From Chitinophagales bacterium (GTDB lineage: Bacteria; Bacteroidota; Bacteroidia; Chitinophagales; LD1): a DNA stretch of 64,000 nucleotides. The translations under genes were made by a program, and so were the position numbers. The notes under the pieces were generated by a model. The model made no database searches, was not told the DNA's origin, and worked only from the letters and a program-made list of their open reading frames with translations. The stretch spans positions 7,694-71,693 of the forward strand of contig JAEUUZ010000035.1 of NCBI GenBank assembly GCA_016786765.1, in the 5' to 3' direction. Position 1 is the first letter of the stretch. Each line of letters opens with the position of its first letter. This document shows positions 27,221 to 36,943 of this stretch, piece by piece.

Positions 27221-29179
27221 ATGAGAAAACTAATAACCGCAATTTTGATGTTAATCCTTTTTAGTATTGACTCAAAAGCTATTAATGAATTAGCAATTGG
27301 AATGGACATTTTGGAAAGCGATAATATTACTGTTTTGAATCCTTCTGTAAATGAGCTCACAAGCTTGGATCCTTCTGGTTGTCCGTATCTATCTGGTTAC
27401 AAAATATGTCCAAATACATCTGTCAATTTTTTTATCTGGAAGAGAGGTTCTTTTCCTGGTGGGGGGTGTAGGGGGACGAGATGGTATGCTCCAGATGTTT
27501 CTGGAGATTCTATTCAGTGGGAAATACATGAAAGAAGTTCAGGTACGGTGCTTTATATTACCCAATGGTTAGATATTCATACAAATTTTGAATTTGCTCA
27601 AAATACTTCTATACCAGGATATGTTTTTGCAAATCCTGGAGAATATGTTGTTTTTTTTAGAGAAAAAAACGTTTTAAATGTAGTCTCTGAAGTTATTGAT
27701 GAAGGTGCAGGTTTAAGTTTTGTTGGGGGTGCCTATATTGTAACAGTTTTAGGAGAACCAGATATCAGAGATATAGTCGTACCAACAAGCACATGTTTGG
27801 GAAGTGAAGTATGTATCTCATTTGATGCATCTAATTTTCCAACAAATTTTCCTAATGAGTTTAAAGTTGATTGGGGGGATGGTTCAGGTTTCGAAAATGT
27901 TCCTATTGTAATCACAGGAATTGGTCCTGGAGCTCGATATGATTTTGCGAATACAATTTGCCATACATATACCAGTACAGGAAACTTTCCAATCTCTATC
28001 TATGCAAGCAATTTTGCACATAATGACGGTTCTGATTATTGTGGAGTATTCCAAAATAGCTATGAGATAGAAATAAAAAATTGTAATTCAAATCCCTGTA
28101 AACCCTTTCCCGTATTTCCTGTTTCAGACTGTGTAGGAGCATCCTTAACTTTTGATATTGGTGCGCGTAAATGTGCCGACCAATGCTTAACATCTACAAC
28201 ATGGGATTTCGGAGACTCTCATTCCTCAGTAGGAAATTTAGTGTCGCATACATACACAACTCCAGGAACATATACAGTTACCGTTACCACTACGGACAAT
28301 TGCGGACAACAATCTTACATTTTTACACAAACTGTTGAAATTAAAGATTGCGGTTGTGTACAATCACTTGTTGCCACACAAATGAGTTGTAACGAATTTA
28401 ATTTTACACTGAATTGTCAAGCATGTGTGAAAGAGATGCAAATCAATTATTTTGATGGTTCCCCTGCCGTTACATGTCCGTTGGGATGTTCTTTCGTTCA
28501 TACATTCCCAGCCGATGGAACTTATCCGGTGGGTATGATAGTTACATTGTGCGATGGAACACGTTTACGTTTGTCTACAACAGTTGAAGTTGCCTGTCCT
28601 CAATGTAAGTGCGAGATAAAAGCAGACTTTACTGTTGATGGTGATCATCCAAAGTATTTTACATCTACTTCTGCAACAGGAGCAGGAACTAACATTCTTG
28701 GCTATATGTGGGATTTTGGTGATGGTAATACTGCATTGAATGACCCCAACCCATCTCACGATTATGGTTCAATCGGTTCTTATAATGTTTGTCTTACAGT
28801 GTTAGGACAACATGACGAAGACAAATCAAGATGCTGGGATCAGATTTGCTTACCGGTTGACGCAGCACGTAGGATGATGGATGGAAAAGCTGGAAGCGAA
28901 TTGAGTACTACTCAAAGCAATACTGCAGGCGATATAACTATATTCCCTAATCCTGCATACAGTTCTATTTCTATTGACTACTTGTTGGATATAGCAGATA
29001 AAGCTAATCTGGAAATTGTTAATGCCGAAGGTGTCGTTTTAACTACAAAAGTTTTAGACGCTCAAAAAGGCAGTGTAAAATTGGATGTAAGCAGTTTCGC
29101 AGATGGATTATATATCTGTCAGATAAAACAGGCAGGAGCATCAGCCAAAACAGCTAAGTTCTCTGTTGTAAAACATTAA
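27221..29179 (+). CDS. Secreted multi-PKD-domain protein with T9SS C-terminal sorting domain
   Basis: 652 aa. Signal peptide. At least three PKD-like repeats (VDWGDGSG..., WDFGDSHSS...HTYTTPGTYTVTV, WDFGDGNTA...HDYGSIGSYNVCL). C-terminal ITIFPNPAYSSISIDY...GLYICQI T9SS CTD. Confidence 0.75.
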   Translation: MRKLITAILMLILFSIDSKAINELAIGMDILESDNITVLNPSVNELTSLDPSGCPYLSGYKICPNTSVNFFIWKRGSFPGGGCRGTRWYAPDVSGDSIQWEIHERSSGTVLYITQWLDIHTNFEFAQNTSIPGYVFANPGEYVVFFREKNVLNVVSEVIDEGAGLSFVGGAYIVTVLGEPDIRDIVVPTSTCLGSEVCISFDASNFPTNFPNEFKVDWGDGSGFENVPIVITGIGPGARYDFANTICHTYTSTGNFPISIYASNFAHNDGSDYCGVFQNSYEIEIKNCNSNPCKPFPVFPVSDCVGASLTFDIGARKCADQCLTSTTWDFGDSHSSVGNLVSHTYTTPGTYTVTVTTTDNCGQQSYIFTQTVEIKDCGCVQSLVATQMSCNEFNFTLNCQACVKEMQINYFDGSPAVTCPLGCSFVHTFPADGTYPVGMIVTLCDGTRLRLSTTVEVACPQCKCEIKADFTVDGDHPKYFTSTSATGAGTNILGYMWDFGDGNTALNDPNPSHDYGSIGSYNVCLTVLGQHDEDKSRCWDQICLPVDAARRMMDGKAGSELSTTQSNTAGDITIFPNPAYSSISIDYLLDIADKANLEIVNAEGVVLTTKVLDAQKGSVKLDVSSFADGLYICQIKQAGASAKTAKFSVVKH

Positions 29180-29202
29180 GTTCATTTTGAACAGATAGCT
29201 AT

Positions 29203-29245
29203 AAAAGGTGTTCTCTACTACAATTAGTGGGGACACCTTTTTTTC
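29203..29245 (+). terminator. Probable rho-independent terminator after the PKD gene
   Basis: aaggtgttctc ... ggggacacctt stem (with G-U pairs) followed by T7. Confidence 0.5.
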
Positions 29246-30219
29246 TATCCCACCACCGCCATCCTCACCACTTCCAAGTAATTCGGCTTTAAACTTCCTT
29301 CTTTGAAGTAGCCTCGTTCTAAAAGTAATTTGTGCATAGCAGGTAAGTTGTAAGGCGGAATACCCATGCATAAATGATGTTCGGCATGATAGTTTACATG
29401 ATGTGGCGCGAATAACATACGCTCAATAAAATTCGCATAAGTAGTTCTTGAGTTTTTATGCGGATTGGTCTGTTCGCCAACAACACTGTGTTCTGAAATC
29501 GAACGAACACGCAAACAAAAATTGTATGTTGTGAGCTGCGCTCCAATCCACAACAACATCAACCAAGGTTTTCCTAGAGCAAAAAGAATAGCAAATAAAA
29601 TCAAGTGAAAAGCCAATGGTCCGGCTAAATTTTTAATGGAAGTTATGAAGCGTTCTTTTGTCCATGGTAAAAAAAGTCGTTTCACAACACCACCCAAATT
29701 ATAACTTAGAATTTGCAAATGCATCGCAATCACAGCAATATTGGACTTGATGCCTGTAGCTCCGGATAGATCGCGCAAAAATTTACGGAACATGCTGATT
29801 TTTGAAGTTGGGTAACCTTTCACTAAATTCAAATCGGGGTCGTTGTCTAAGCCTGTGTAGGTGTGATGCTCGCGGTGGTAGGGGCGGTATTGCTCAAGAT
29901 TATTCAATACAGCATATCCTCCTAACCAATTGCCCACAAAAGTATTTAGTTTTCGGCTTGTAAAAACAGAATCGTGCGAACAATCATGCATAATAATAGC
30001 ACAGGCCAATTGCTTTCCTCCAAGAATAAATAGGGATACTATTACCGTCAATACATTCGGGTAAAGAGCAGGAAGCGCAAAGGCAAAGGCAATCCAAAAC
30101 CATGTATCGGCAATTTCCAAAAAGGCTTTCCAATCCGATTTTTGCATCAATGTTTTCAACTCCTCGTTGCTGATATACTCGCGAAGTGTTTTGTTATACC
30201 ATTGCAGTTGATTCTCCAT
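29245..30219 (-). CDS. Membrane fatty-acid desaturase family protein
   Basis: Start moved to MENQLQWY. Three histidine boxes: HDCSHDS, HREHH, HAEHH. Confidence 0.8.
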   Translation of the reverse strand: MENQLQWYNKTLREYISNEELKTLMQKSDWKAFLEIADTWFWIAFAFALPALYPNVLTVIVSLFILGGKQLACAIIMHDCSHDSVFTSRKLNTFVGNWLGGYAVLNNLEQYRPYHREHHTYTGLDNDPDLNLVKGYPTSKISMFRKFLRDLSGATGIKSNIAVIAMHLQILSYNLGGVVKRLFLPWTKERFITSIKNLAGPLAFHLILFAILFALGKPWLMLLWIGAQLTTYNFCLRVRSISEHSVVGEQTNPHKNSRTTYANFIERMLFAPHHVNYHAEHHLCMGIPPYNLPAMHKLLLERGYFKEGSLKPNYLEVVRMAVVG

Positions 30220-30408
30220 AGCCAAACATTTGTGTTTCAATATTACACTTACAAATCGACCTAAGTAAATAAAAAACAGCAAAATACTACTTCTTTCTAC
30301 GCCTGATTTGTGAAAAATGAGCCAAAAATGCTCCAATTTCAAAGAATGTGTCGGTAAATAAGGGTGTTAAAAGCCTTTTGGTTTTTTAATCCCTATTATC
30401 TTTAAATT

Positions 30409-30906
30409 GTGAAAACCATTTTGTTTAGTTTCAGTATTGGATTGCTTGTTTCGTTAGCAATGAAGAGTAACAGACCTATTGCTGTTGATTGTGCCGGCTT
30501 AAACGAGGTGATACGTTGTGCAAGTTTAGACACCGTTTGGGCTTCCGATGGTACTTTGAAAGAAACTGTTTTTAATCGAGAAGTATATCAATTACAGTAT
30601 CAAGTTCTTGGCAGTAAAAGCATTAGTGAAATTGTGACCAGTAGGTCCAACGCGAAGGTTTATCATTTGGAAGCTGTTCATCAAATCAAAACCCCAGCAG
30701 AATCGATTGCACTGAGCAACGCTTTGCTAAGTCAGTTACGCCTCTGTTTAGATAGTTGGGAACTAGACTCCACTATAAAACAAGCAGCGGGCAGTCAAAA
30801 AGTAAAAGATTATTTATTTACAAATAGTGAAGATGAAACAACGGTAAGGCTTTCGGTAAGTAAACAATTATCAAAGACGTATACCGTAGCGCTTGAAATT
30901 TATTAA
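30409..30906 (+). CDS. Hypothetical secreted protein
   Basis: 165 aa. GTG start and N-terminal hydrophobic signal. No motif recognised. Confidence 0.35.
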   Translation: MKTILFSFSIGLLVSLAMKSNRPIAVDCAGLNEVIRCASLDTVWASDGTLKETVFNREVYQLQYQVLGSKSISEIVTSRSNAKVYHLEAVHQIKTPAESIALSNALLSQLRLCLDSWELDSTIKQAAGSQKVKDYLFTNSEDETTVRLSVSKQLSKTYTVALEIY

Positions 30907-30915
30907 TTGTCAAAC

Positions 30916-32418
30916 ATGAAGCCATTTATACTTCCCTTTATATGCTGCGTTTTTGCACTGCCAATGCTAGCCCAAAATCATTATTGGAATCAGCAATATG
31001 GCGCAACCAATACCTTGTGCGGAGGCGCGGAAATAGCCGGTGTACGTGATAACTCCGCTTTGTTCTATAACCCGGGTGCCATGGGTTTCATTACCACCAA
31101 CAAAATTAGTTTGAGTGCGAATATTTATGAAGCGAATATTGTAAAATTAAAAAACGTAGCCGGTGAAGGGCGTGATGCACAATCGTTTCGCGCTTTGATT
31201 TATCCGCAATTTATTGGAGGGTCGTATGTTTTTAAAAAAGTGCCGAAACTGAAAATTATTTATGCTACCATGATGCGCAACAGAGCTAGTGTGCGTTTCA
31301 GTGTGCAGAACGAAACGAATTATGATGTGATTAAAGGTTCTCCCGGTTTGGAATATTACAAATCGCGTTTGGATTTCGATTACAGCAGTGTTGAAACATG
31401 GGGTGGTATAGGATTTGGCTATAAAATTAACGAGCACTTTTCTACAGGTGTAAGTTTGTTTACTTCTTATACCAATCTTGAGAATATCACAACGGTGGCA
31501 TTAAGTGCCGATGCTACCTTCGCTACAGTGCCCTATATTGCTACGGTTGATCAATATGCTTCGTTGCGTATGGACCACGTGAATTTTATTGGAAAAATTG
31601 GCTTTGCGGCCGATTTTAAACCTTTCTTGTTCGGTTTAACCATTACCTTACCATCTGCGAAAATATTTGGTACCGGTACTATGACAAAATCACTCGAAGG
31701 CCACAACTTAAATTTACATTCCGCTGATACGGTTTCTCCTTTCTTTCAATATCCTTCTTTCTTGGTTTCCGATCAACAAAAGAACTTAAGCACACAATAC
31801 AAACAACCCGCCAGTTTTGCCATTGGGGCTGAGTACAAATGGAAACGAGTAAAATTGAAATTTGCCTGTGAGTATTTTTTGAGTTTGCCTAGTTACGAAG
31901 TGGTGCATGGTAAAGAAGAATCTTATATACGCCCAACGTCTGCCTATGGTGGGAAAACATTAAAAGGTTTTATGGTGGTGAAAACAAATGCCGTTCAAGT
32001 GTTTAATGTGTCAGTTGGTGGGGCATTTCGTTTCGTGAAAAACTTCAAAGTGCTTACCGGTTTTCGAACCGATTTCAACAATCTAATGAGTTTCTCGCCC
32101 ACACAATTGAATGTGGGTGTTAATTCATTTAATCCTTCTTATTGGCATTTAATGCATGTTGGCTTAGGTGTTTCTTACAATAAAGGCGCAAGCGATATTA
32201 CAGTAGGTTTTAACTATGCATTCGGTATTGCAGCCGACAGAAGAAATGGAATCAATTTAAATGAGCCAACACAAGAAGGTTTTTTGCGTGGCGAAACAGA
32301 AAAAAACCTTCGAACAAACGTGAATAATATTGGGTTGATTATTGGCTACACGTATTACTTCCGCTCGAATTTAAGAGGTAATGAAGATACTAAGCAACAG
32401 CAGGTAATTGAGTGGTAA
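30916..32418 (+). CDS. Outer-membrane beta-barrel protein (FadL/PorV-like N-terminal signature)
   Basis: About 500 aa from MKPFILPF. Signal ending MLAQ. GGAEIAGVRDNSALFYNPGAMGF resembles the FadL/PorV-type N-terminal motif. Aromatic-rich beta pattern with a C-terminal aromatic residue. Confidence 0.45.
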   Translation: MKPFILPFICCVFALPMLAQNHYWNQQYGATNTLCGGAEIAGVRDNSALFYNPGAMGFITTNKISLSANIYEANIVKLKNVAGEGRDAQSFRALIYPQFIGGSYVFKKVPKLKIIYATMMRNRASVRFSVQNETNYDVIKGSPGLEYYKSRLDFDYSSVETWGGIGFGYKINEHFSTGVSLFTSYTNLENITTVALSADATFATVPYIATVDQYASLRMDHVNFIGKIGFAADFKPFLFGLTITLPSAKIFGTGTMTKSLEGHNLNLHSADTVSPFFQYPSFLVSDQQKNLSTQYKQPASFAIGAEYKWKRVKLKFACEYFLSLPSYEVVHGKEESYIRPTSAYGGKTLKGFMVVKTNAVQVFNVSVGGAFRFVKNFKVLTGFRTDFNNLMSFSPTQLNVGVNSFNPSYWHLMHVGLGVSYNKGASDITVGFNYAFGIAADRRNGINLNEPTQEGFLRGETEKNLRTNVNNIGLIIGYTYYFRSNLRGNEDTKQQQVIEW

Positions 32419-33597
32419 TTAACAACGTGTCTTTTTTCTGCGTGCTAACTCGGTAAGAATTAATTTCAGTTCGCGGCCCATTTGTCCTTGCACCGAAGTG
32501 TTCTCTTGTGCTCTGCGAATCAAATAGGGGATAACTTCTTTCACCGGGCCATACGGTAAATACTTGCACACATTAAATCCGGCTTTGGCCATATTGAAGG
32601 TAATATTATCGCCCATGCCTAACAATTGGGCAAACAAAATATTCGGATGATTGCGTGCAATGTTCATGTCATCAATAAGTGAAATGGCCAACAAATTACT
32701 CTCTTCCGATTGCGAAGCCACGCAAACGGTTACGATGTCCAAATTAGTAAAACACAATTGCATACCTGCGTTGAAATCCTTGTCTGTTGCAGGTTTGTCG
32801 ATATGAATAGGACTTGGATATCCCATTTCAATTGCCCGTTCGCGTTCCTTCTCCATATAGGCACCCCGCACAATTTTTACACCGTAGAAGTAGCCTTTGC
32901 TTTTTGCAGTAATAATGGATTGTTCCAAGAAGGCTAAACGGTCGTTTCTGTATAGTTGAACAGTGTTGAATACTACAGCTTTTTGTTGATTGTATTTCTC
33001 CATCATCTCTTCCACCAAACCATCCAACGCATCTTGAATCCATGATTCTTCCGCATCTACATAAAGTACAACATCATATTCTTTAGCTGCTGCGCATAAT
33101 CTTTCAAATCGATTTTTAATGCCTTGTAATTCTTGTTCTTCAGTATTCGAGAGTACTTCTTTTCGGTCCATTTTTTCAAAAAGTCCAAAACGGCCAAAGC
33201 CTGTAAGTTTGATGCAAATCGATTTTACGTGTTTGTTTTTTCCAGCAAATGAAATGGATTCCAGCGTTTGAAGAATTGTTTTTTCGAAGTCTGCTTCCGT
33301 TTCTTTTAATTCTACCCCGTAATTCAACATAGAGCCCACATTGAATGTGCTCAGAAACTGAATTGTTTTCGTGCATTCAACAAAATTTTCGCCTCCGCAA
33401 AAGTGATTGAAAACGGTGATTTTAAAAAGCGAAGAAATGGGCAAATGCAACGATAATGCAATGTTGGTAGCTGATGTACCCAAGCTAACGAGAGTATTGT
33501 TCCCAAATAATTGAAATAAAAATTTTGCTTTTTGGAGTGCCGGAGTCGATTGATATTCAAATGCGGTTTCTGTATTTTCGAACAAAGAAGTTGTCAT
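32419..33597 (-). CDS. Proline dehydrogenase family protein
   Basis: 392 aa. VDAEESWIQDA, RGAYMEKER and LLGMGD...YLPYGPVKEVIPYLIRRAQENTS motifs. Confidence 0.8.
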   Translation of the reverse strand: MTTSLFENTETAFEYQSTPALQKAKFLFQLFGNNTLVSLGTSATNIALSLHLPISSLFKITVFNHFCGGENFVECTKTIQFLSTFNVGSMLNYGVELKETEADFEKTILQTLESISFAGKNKHVKSICIKLTGFGRFGLFEKMDRKEVLSNTEEQELQGIKNRFERLCAAAKEYDVVLYVDAEESWIQDALDGLVEEMMEKYNQQKAVVFNTVQLYRNDRLAFLEQSIITAKSKGYFYGVKIVRGAYMEKERERAIEMGYPSPIHIDKPATDKDFNAGMQLCFTNLDIVTVCVASQSEESNLLAISLIDDMNIARNHPNILFAQLLGMGDNITFNMAKAGFNVCKYLPYGPVKEVIPYLIRRAQENTSVQGQMGRELKLILTELARRKKTRC

Positions 33598-33661
33598 TGT
33601 TTGGTAGTTTCAGGTGTGAAATAAAAAATAATTTTGCAACAATGCTTATTTTGCATACGAT

Positions 33662-34960
33662 ATGGGAACATTATATGTATTACTGGCTTTTATTATAGGT
33701 GCTGTTATAGGCGGTGCAATGCTTTATTTTTTGTTGAAATCGAAAAGTGAAGGCGCTATTGCCGGTGCCTTAGAGCGCAATGCAGGTTTAGAACGAAGCA
33801 ATGCAGAGCTTAAGTCTGAAATCAATACATTGCGCAATAAAACAGAAGAAGCCAATGCTGCCTTATCCGCTTCTGGGAACGAGATCAAGAATTTAAATCA
33901 CCGGTTACAAGAACAGAAAGCTGAAGTAGAGCAATTACACGCTAAAATGCAGAAGGATTTTGAATTATTGGCGAATCGTATCCTCGAAGAAAAATCAGAA
34001 AAGTTTGTACAGAGAAATGATGAACAATTAAAAGTGATTTTGGATCCGTTGAAAGAGCGTTTGTTGCAGTATGAGAAGCGTGTGAATGAAACGCATCTCG
34101 ATACCGAGCGTGAGCGCAGTGCTTTGCGCGAACAATTAAAGCAATTGACGGATATCAATAAACGAATGAGTGATGAAACCCTTAATCTCACAAAAGCATT
34201 GAAGGGAGATAATAAAATGCAAGGGAATTGGGGCGAGATGATTTTAGAGAAAATTTTGGAGAAGTCGGGTTTGCAAAAAGGGCAAGAGTATACTGTGCAA
34301 CAGAGCTTCACGAATGAAGATGGAAGTCGTTCACAACCCGATGTATTGATTAAATTACCTGAAGGGAAAACCTTGGTTGTCGATTCGAAAGTAAGTTTAG
34401 TGGCTTATGAGCGCTGTGTTTCAGCTGAAGATGAAGTGCAAAAGGCGCAATTTTTAAAAGAACATATTGCTTCGTTGCGCAATCATGTGAAGTTGTTGAG
34501 CGCTAAATCGTACCATCAATTGTATAATATTAAGTCGCCCGATTTTGTGTTGCTGTTTATTCCAATCGAATCGGCATTTGCTTTAGCGGTTACAGCTGAT
34601 AACGAATTGTATAATGATGCTTTCGATAAAAATATTATTATTGTGTCCACCTCAACGCTTTTGGCTACGCTTCGAACCGTTGCAAACGTTTGGAAACAAG
34701 AGTATCAAAGTCAAAATGCAATTGAAATAGCCCGACAAGGGGCCGATTTATACGAGAAGTTTGTTTCGTTTACTGAAGATTTAATCAAGGTAGGCAAACA
34801 AATGGACGATAGTAAAAAAACATACGCTGATGCCATGAATAAATTGTATGACGGCAAAGGCAATTTAATAAAGCGAGCAGAGAATATGCGAAAGCTGGGA
34901 TTGAAAGTGGCAAAACAACTGCCACAGGGGTTGATTGATCGCTCGGAAAACGAAGAATAA
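33662..34960 (+). CDS. rmuC: DNA recombination protein RmuC
   Basis: 432 aa. N-terminal TM, long coiled coil, and C-terminal nuclease-like domain (PDVLIKLPEGKTLVVDSK...PDFVLLFIPIESAF). Confidence 0.85.
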   Translation: MGTLYVLLAFIIGAVIGGAMLYFLLKSKSEGAIAGALERNAGLERSNAELKSEINTLRNKTEEANAALSASGNEIKNLNHRLQEQKAEVEQLHAKMQKDFELLANRILEEKSEKFVQRNDEQLKVILDPLKERLLQYEKRVNETHLDTERERSALREQLKQLTDINKRMSDETLNLTKALKGDNKMQGNWGEMILEKILEKSGLQKGQEYTVQQSFTNEDGSRSQPDVLIKLPEGKTLVVDSKVSLVAYERCVSAEDEVQKAQFLKEHIASLRNHVKLLSAKSYHQLYNIKSPDFVLLFIPIESAFALAVTADNELYNDAFDKNIIIVSTSTLLATLRTVANVWKQEYQSQNAIEIARQGADLYEKFVSFTEDLIKVGKQMDDSKKTYADAMNKLYDGKGNLIKRAENMRKLGLKVAKQLPQGLIDRSENEE

Positions 34961-34962
34961 AC

Positions 34963-35508
34963 ATGCTTACATTATTTACTTATATCATCATAGCATTAAT
35001 AGGTATTATGATGGGTACAGTCTACAAGCGCTCTGTGTCCAATATTATATTCTTACAATTTAATCCTGCAAAGATTATTCGGGTTTTTTGGATAAGTGCA
35101 GGAATTGGTCTTGTGATATGCGCCTTTCTGAGCTTTATGTCCATTCGTGCCTTTCAAAGTGCCGGTGAAGCGGAAGATAAAATGTTGCTGTTTCAAGATT
35201 ATGAATCATCCTTGATTTACTTTTTGAATTTAGGTTTGATTGTGTTGATCGTGTTAAGCAATCTATGTTCTATGTCGTCAAAGAAAGTGCTGTATTACCT
35301 ATATGCAGTATCGTTTGCGATATATGCTCTTTTTGCTATTGTCGATAACTTCTTTTTGGAAGATGTTTTTTTCCAGTTCAAGAAATTGAATCAATTGTGG
35401 CAAGGCGATTTTAATTTCGCATCCGTTAAAGGTTATTTGAGTTTGATTTTCTGTGCCGGTTTATGTGCATTTAATGCGGTGATGACGGGCTGGGGGTTAA
35501 AGAAATAA
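34963..35508 (+). CDS. Hypothetical membrane protein
   Basis: 181 aa with about 5 TM segments. Starts 2 nt after the rmuC stop. Confidence 0.4.
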   Translation: MLTLFTYIIIALIGIMMGTVYKRSVSNIIFLQFNPAKIIRVFWISAGIGLVICAFLSFMSIRAFQSAGEAEDKMLLFQDYESSLIYFLNLGLIVLIVLSNLCSMSSKKVLYYLYAVSFAIYALFAIVDNFFLEDVFFQFKKLNQLWQGDFNFASVKGYLSLIFCAGLCAFNAVMTGWGLKK

Positions 35509-36237
35509 TTAACTGTTCCAGATTTCCCAACTTTTTTCTGCTTGCGCATAAAGCATCTTCAATCCATTTATACTATGCACACCAACAGTTTCCAATTTCA
35601 ATGCAGTAGCTGTTTTAACCGGGTTGTAGACTAAGTCGATGAAGTAGTGTTGTTCGCTAAACAAATGAAATGGTAAAGGCAAAATAACATCAGTATTTGG
35701 ATACATACCCACAGGAGTGCAATTCACTAATAAAGCGTTTGTTGCAATTATCGCTTCATTGATATCATGGTAAGTAATAGATGTTGCAGTCGCAATCCTT
35801 GAAACTTTTGTTATTTCGAAGTCATATTTTTGGAGTACGTATTCTACTGCTTTTGCCGATCCACCTGTACCAAGTATTATTGCGGTTCTTTGTTTTTTTA
35901 AAGGATAGTGTTGCAGTAAAGTTTGTTCAAAGCCAAAACAATCGGTGTTGTATCCTTTTGTTTTTCCATTGTTAAATGTAATGGTGTTAACTGCTCCAAT
36001 TGTTTTTGCTATTTCGTCAACTTCATCTAAATACGGTATGATGGCAGTTTTATAAGGAATGGTTACGTTCAATCCTTTTAACAATGGATGTTGTTGAAGC
36101 CAAGCCGGAAATGCCTCAATAGAAGACAATTCAAATAAATCGTAGTGCCCCGAAATGCCTAATGTATTTAGCTTTTGGGTGAAATACTCTTTCGAAAAAG
36201 AATGGGTAAGTGTTTTTCCAATCAATCCGAAATGCAT
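35509..36237 (-). CDS. aroE: Shikimate dehydrogenase
   Basis: 242 aa. HSFSKEYF, NVTIPYK, GAVNT, YNTD and GTGGSAKAV motifs. Confidence 0.85.
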   Translation of the reverse strand: MHFGLIGKTLTHSFSKEYFTQKLNTLGISGHYDLFELSSIEAFPAWLQQHPLLKGLNVTIPYKTAIIPYLDEVDEIAKTIGAVNTITFNNGKTKGYNTDCFGFEQTLLQHYPLKKQRTAIILGTGGSAKAVEYVLQKYDFEITKVSRIATATSITYHDINEAIIATNALLVNCTPVGMYPNTDVILPLPFHLFSEQHYFIDLVYNPVKTATALKLETVGVHSINGLKMLYAQAEKSWEIWNS

Positions 36238-36249
36238 GTTGTTGTGGCT

Positions 36250-36891
36250 TTACTTTTTAGTGTAGTTTTTGAAGGCTCCAATTACAATTGGCAATACCGA
36301 AATGCCAATAATACCGAACACAACCAATTCAAAATTCTTTTTAACTATTTCAAAATTACCAAAGAAATAACCCAATAAGGTAATGCTTACAACCCATAAC
36401 ACAGCGCCTAAAATGCAATTCAGAATATATTTCGAATAGGTCATGCTACCTGCACCGGCAACAAATGGAGCAACTGTTCTAACAATAGGCACGAAGCGCG
36501 CCATAATTACCGTTTTGCCTCCATGTTTTTCGTAAAATTCATGTGTTTGCTCAATGTACTCTCGCTTAAAAAAGAGAATACGCTCTTTCGATTTTACCCA
36601 ATCGCCTAAAAATTTTCCTACAAAGTAATTGACGTTATCGCCTAACAAAGCTGCCACAATCAATAGCGGAATAATTATCCAAACGTTTAATGCTCCTGTG
36701 GCTGCGGCCAATGCACCGGCAGCAAATAATAACGAATCACCGGGTAGAAGAGGCATAACAATAAGCCCTGTTTCCACAAACACAATTAAGAAAAGTATCA
36801 CATACGTGAGTGTGCCATATTGGTTAACAATATCCGTAAGATGTCTGTCTAAGTGTAGAATAAAATCTATGAGAAAGTGTATGAATTCCAT
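36250..36891 (-). CDS. DedA family membrane protein
   Basis: 213 aa. VFVETGLIVMPLLPGDSLLFAAGALA and RFVPIVRTVAPFVAG motifs. Confidence 0.85.
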   Translation of the reverse strand: MEFIHFLIDFILHLDRHLTDIVNQYGTLTYVILFLIVFVETGLIVMPLLPGDSLLFAAGALAAATGALNVWIIIPLLIVAALLGDNVNYFVGKFLGDWVKSKERILFFKREYIEQTHEFYEKHGGKTVIMARFVPIVRTVAPFVAGAGSMTYSKYILNCILGAVLWVVSITLLGYFFGNFEIVKKNFELVVFGIIGISVLPIVIGAFKNYTKK

Positions 36892-36943
36892 GTGTTGAAT
36901 TTATGGCGAATGTATGATTTATAATAAAATGAAGAGGGGTTAA

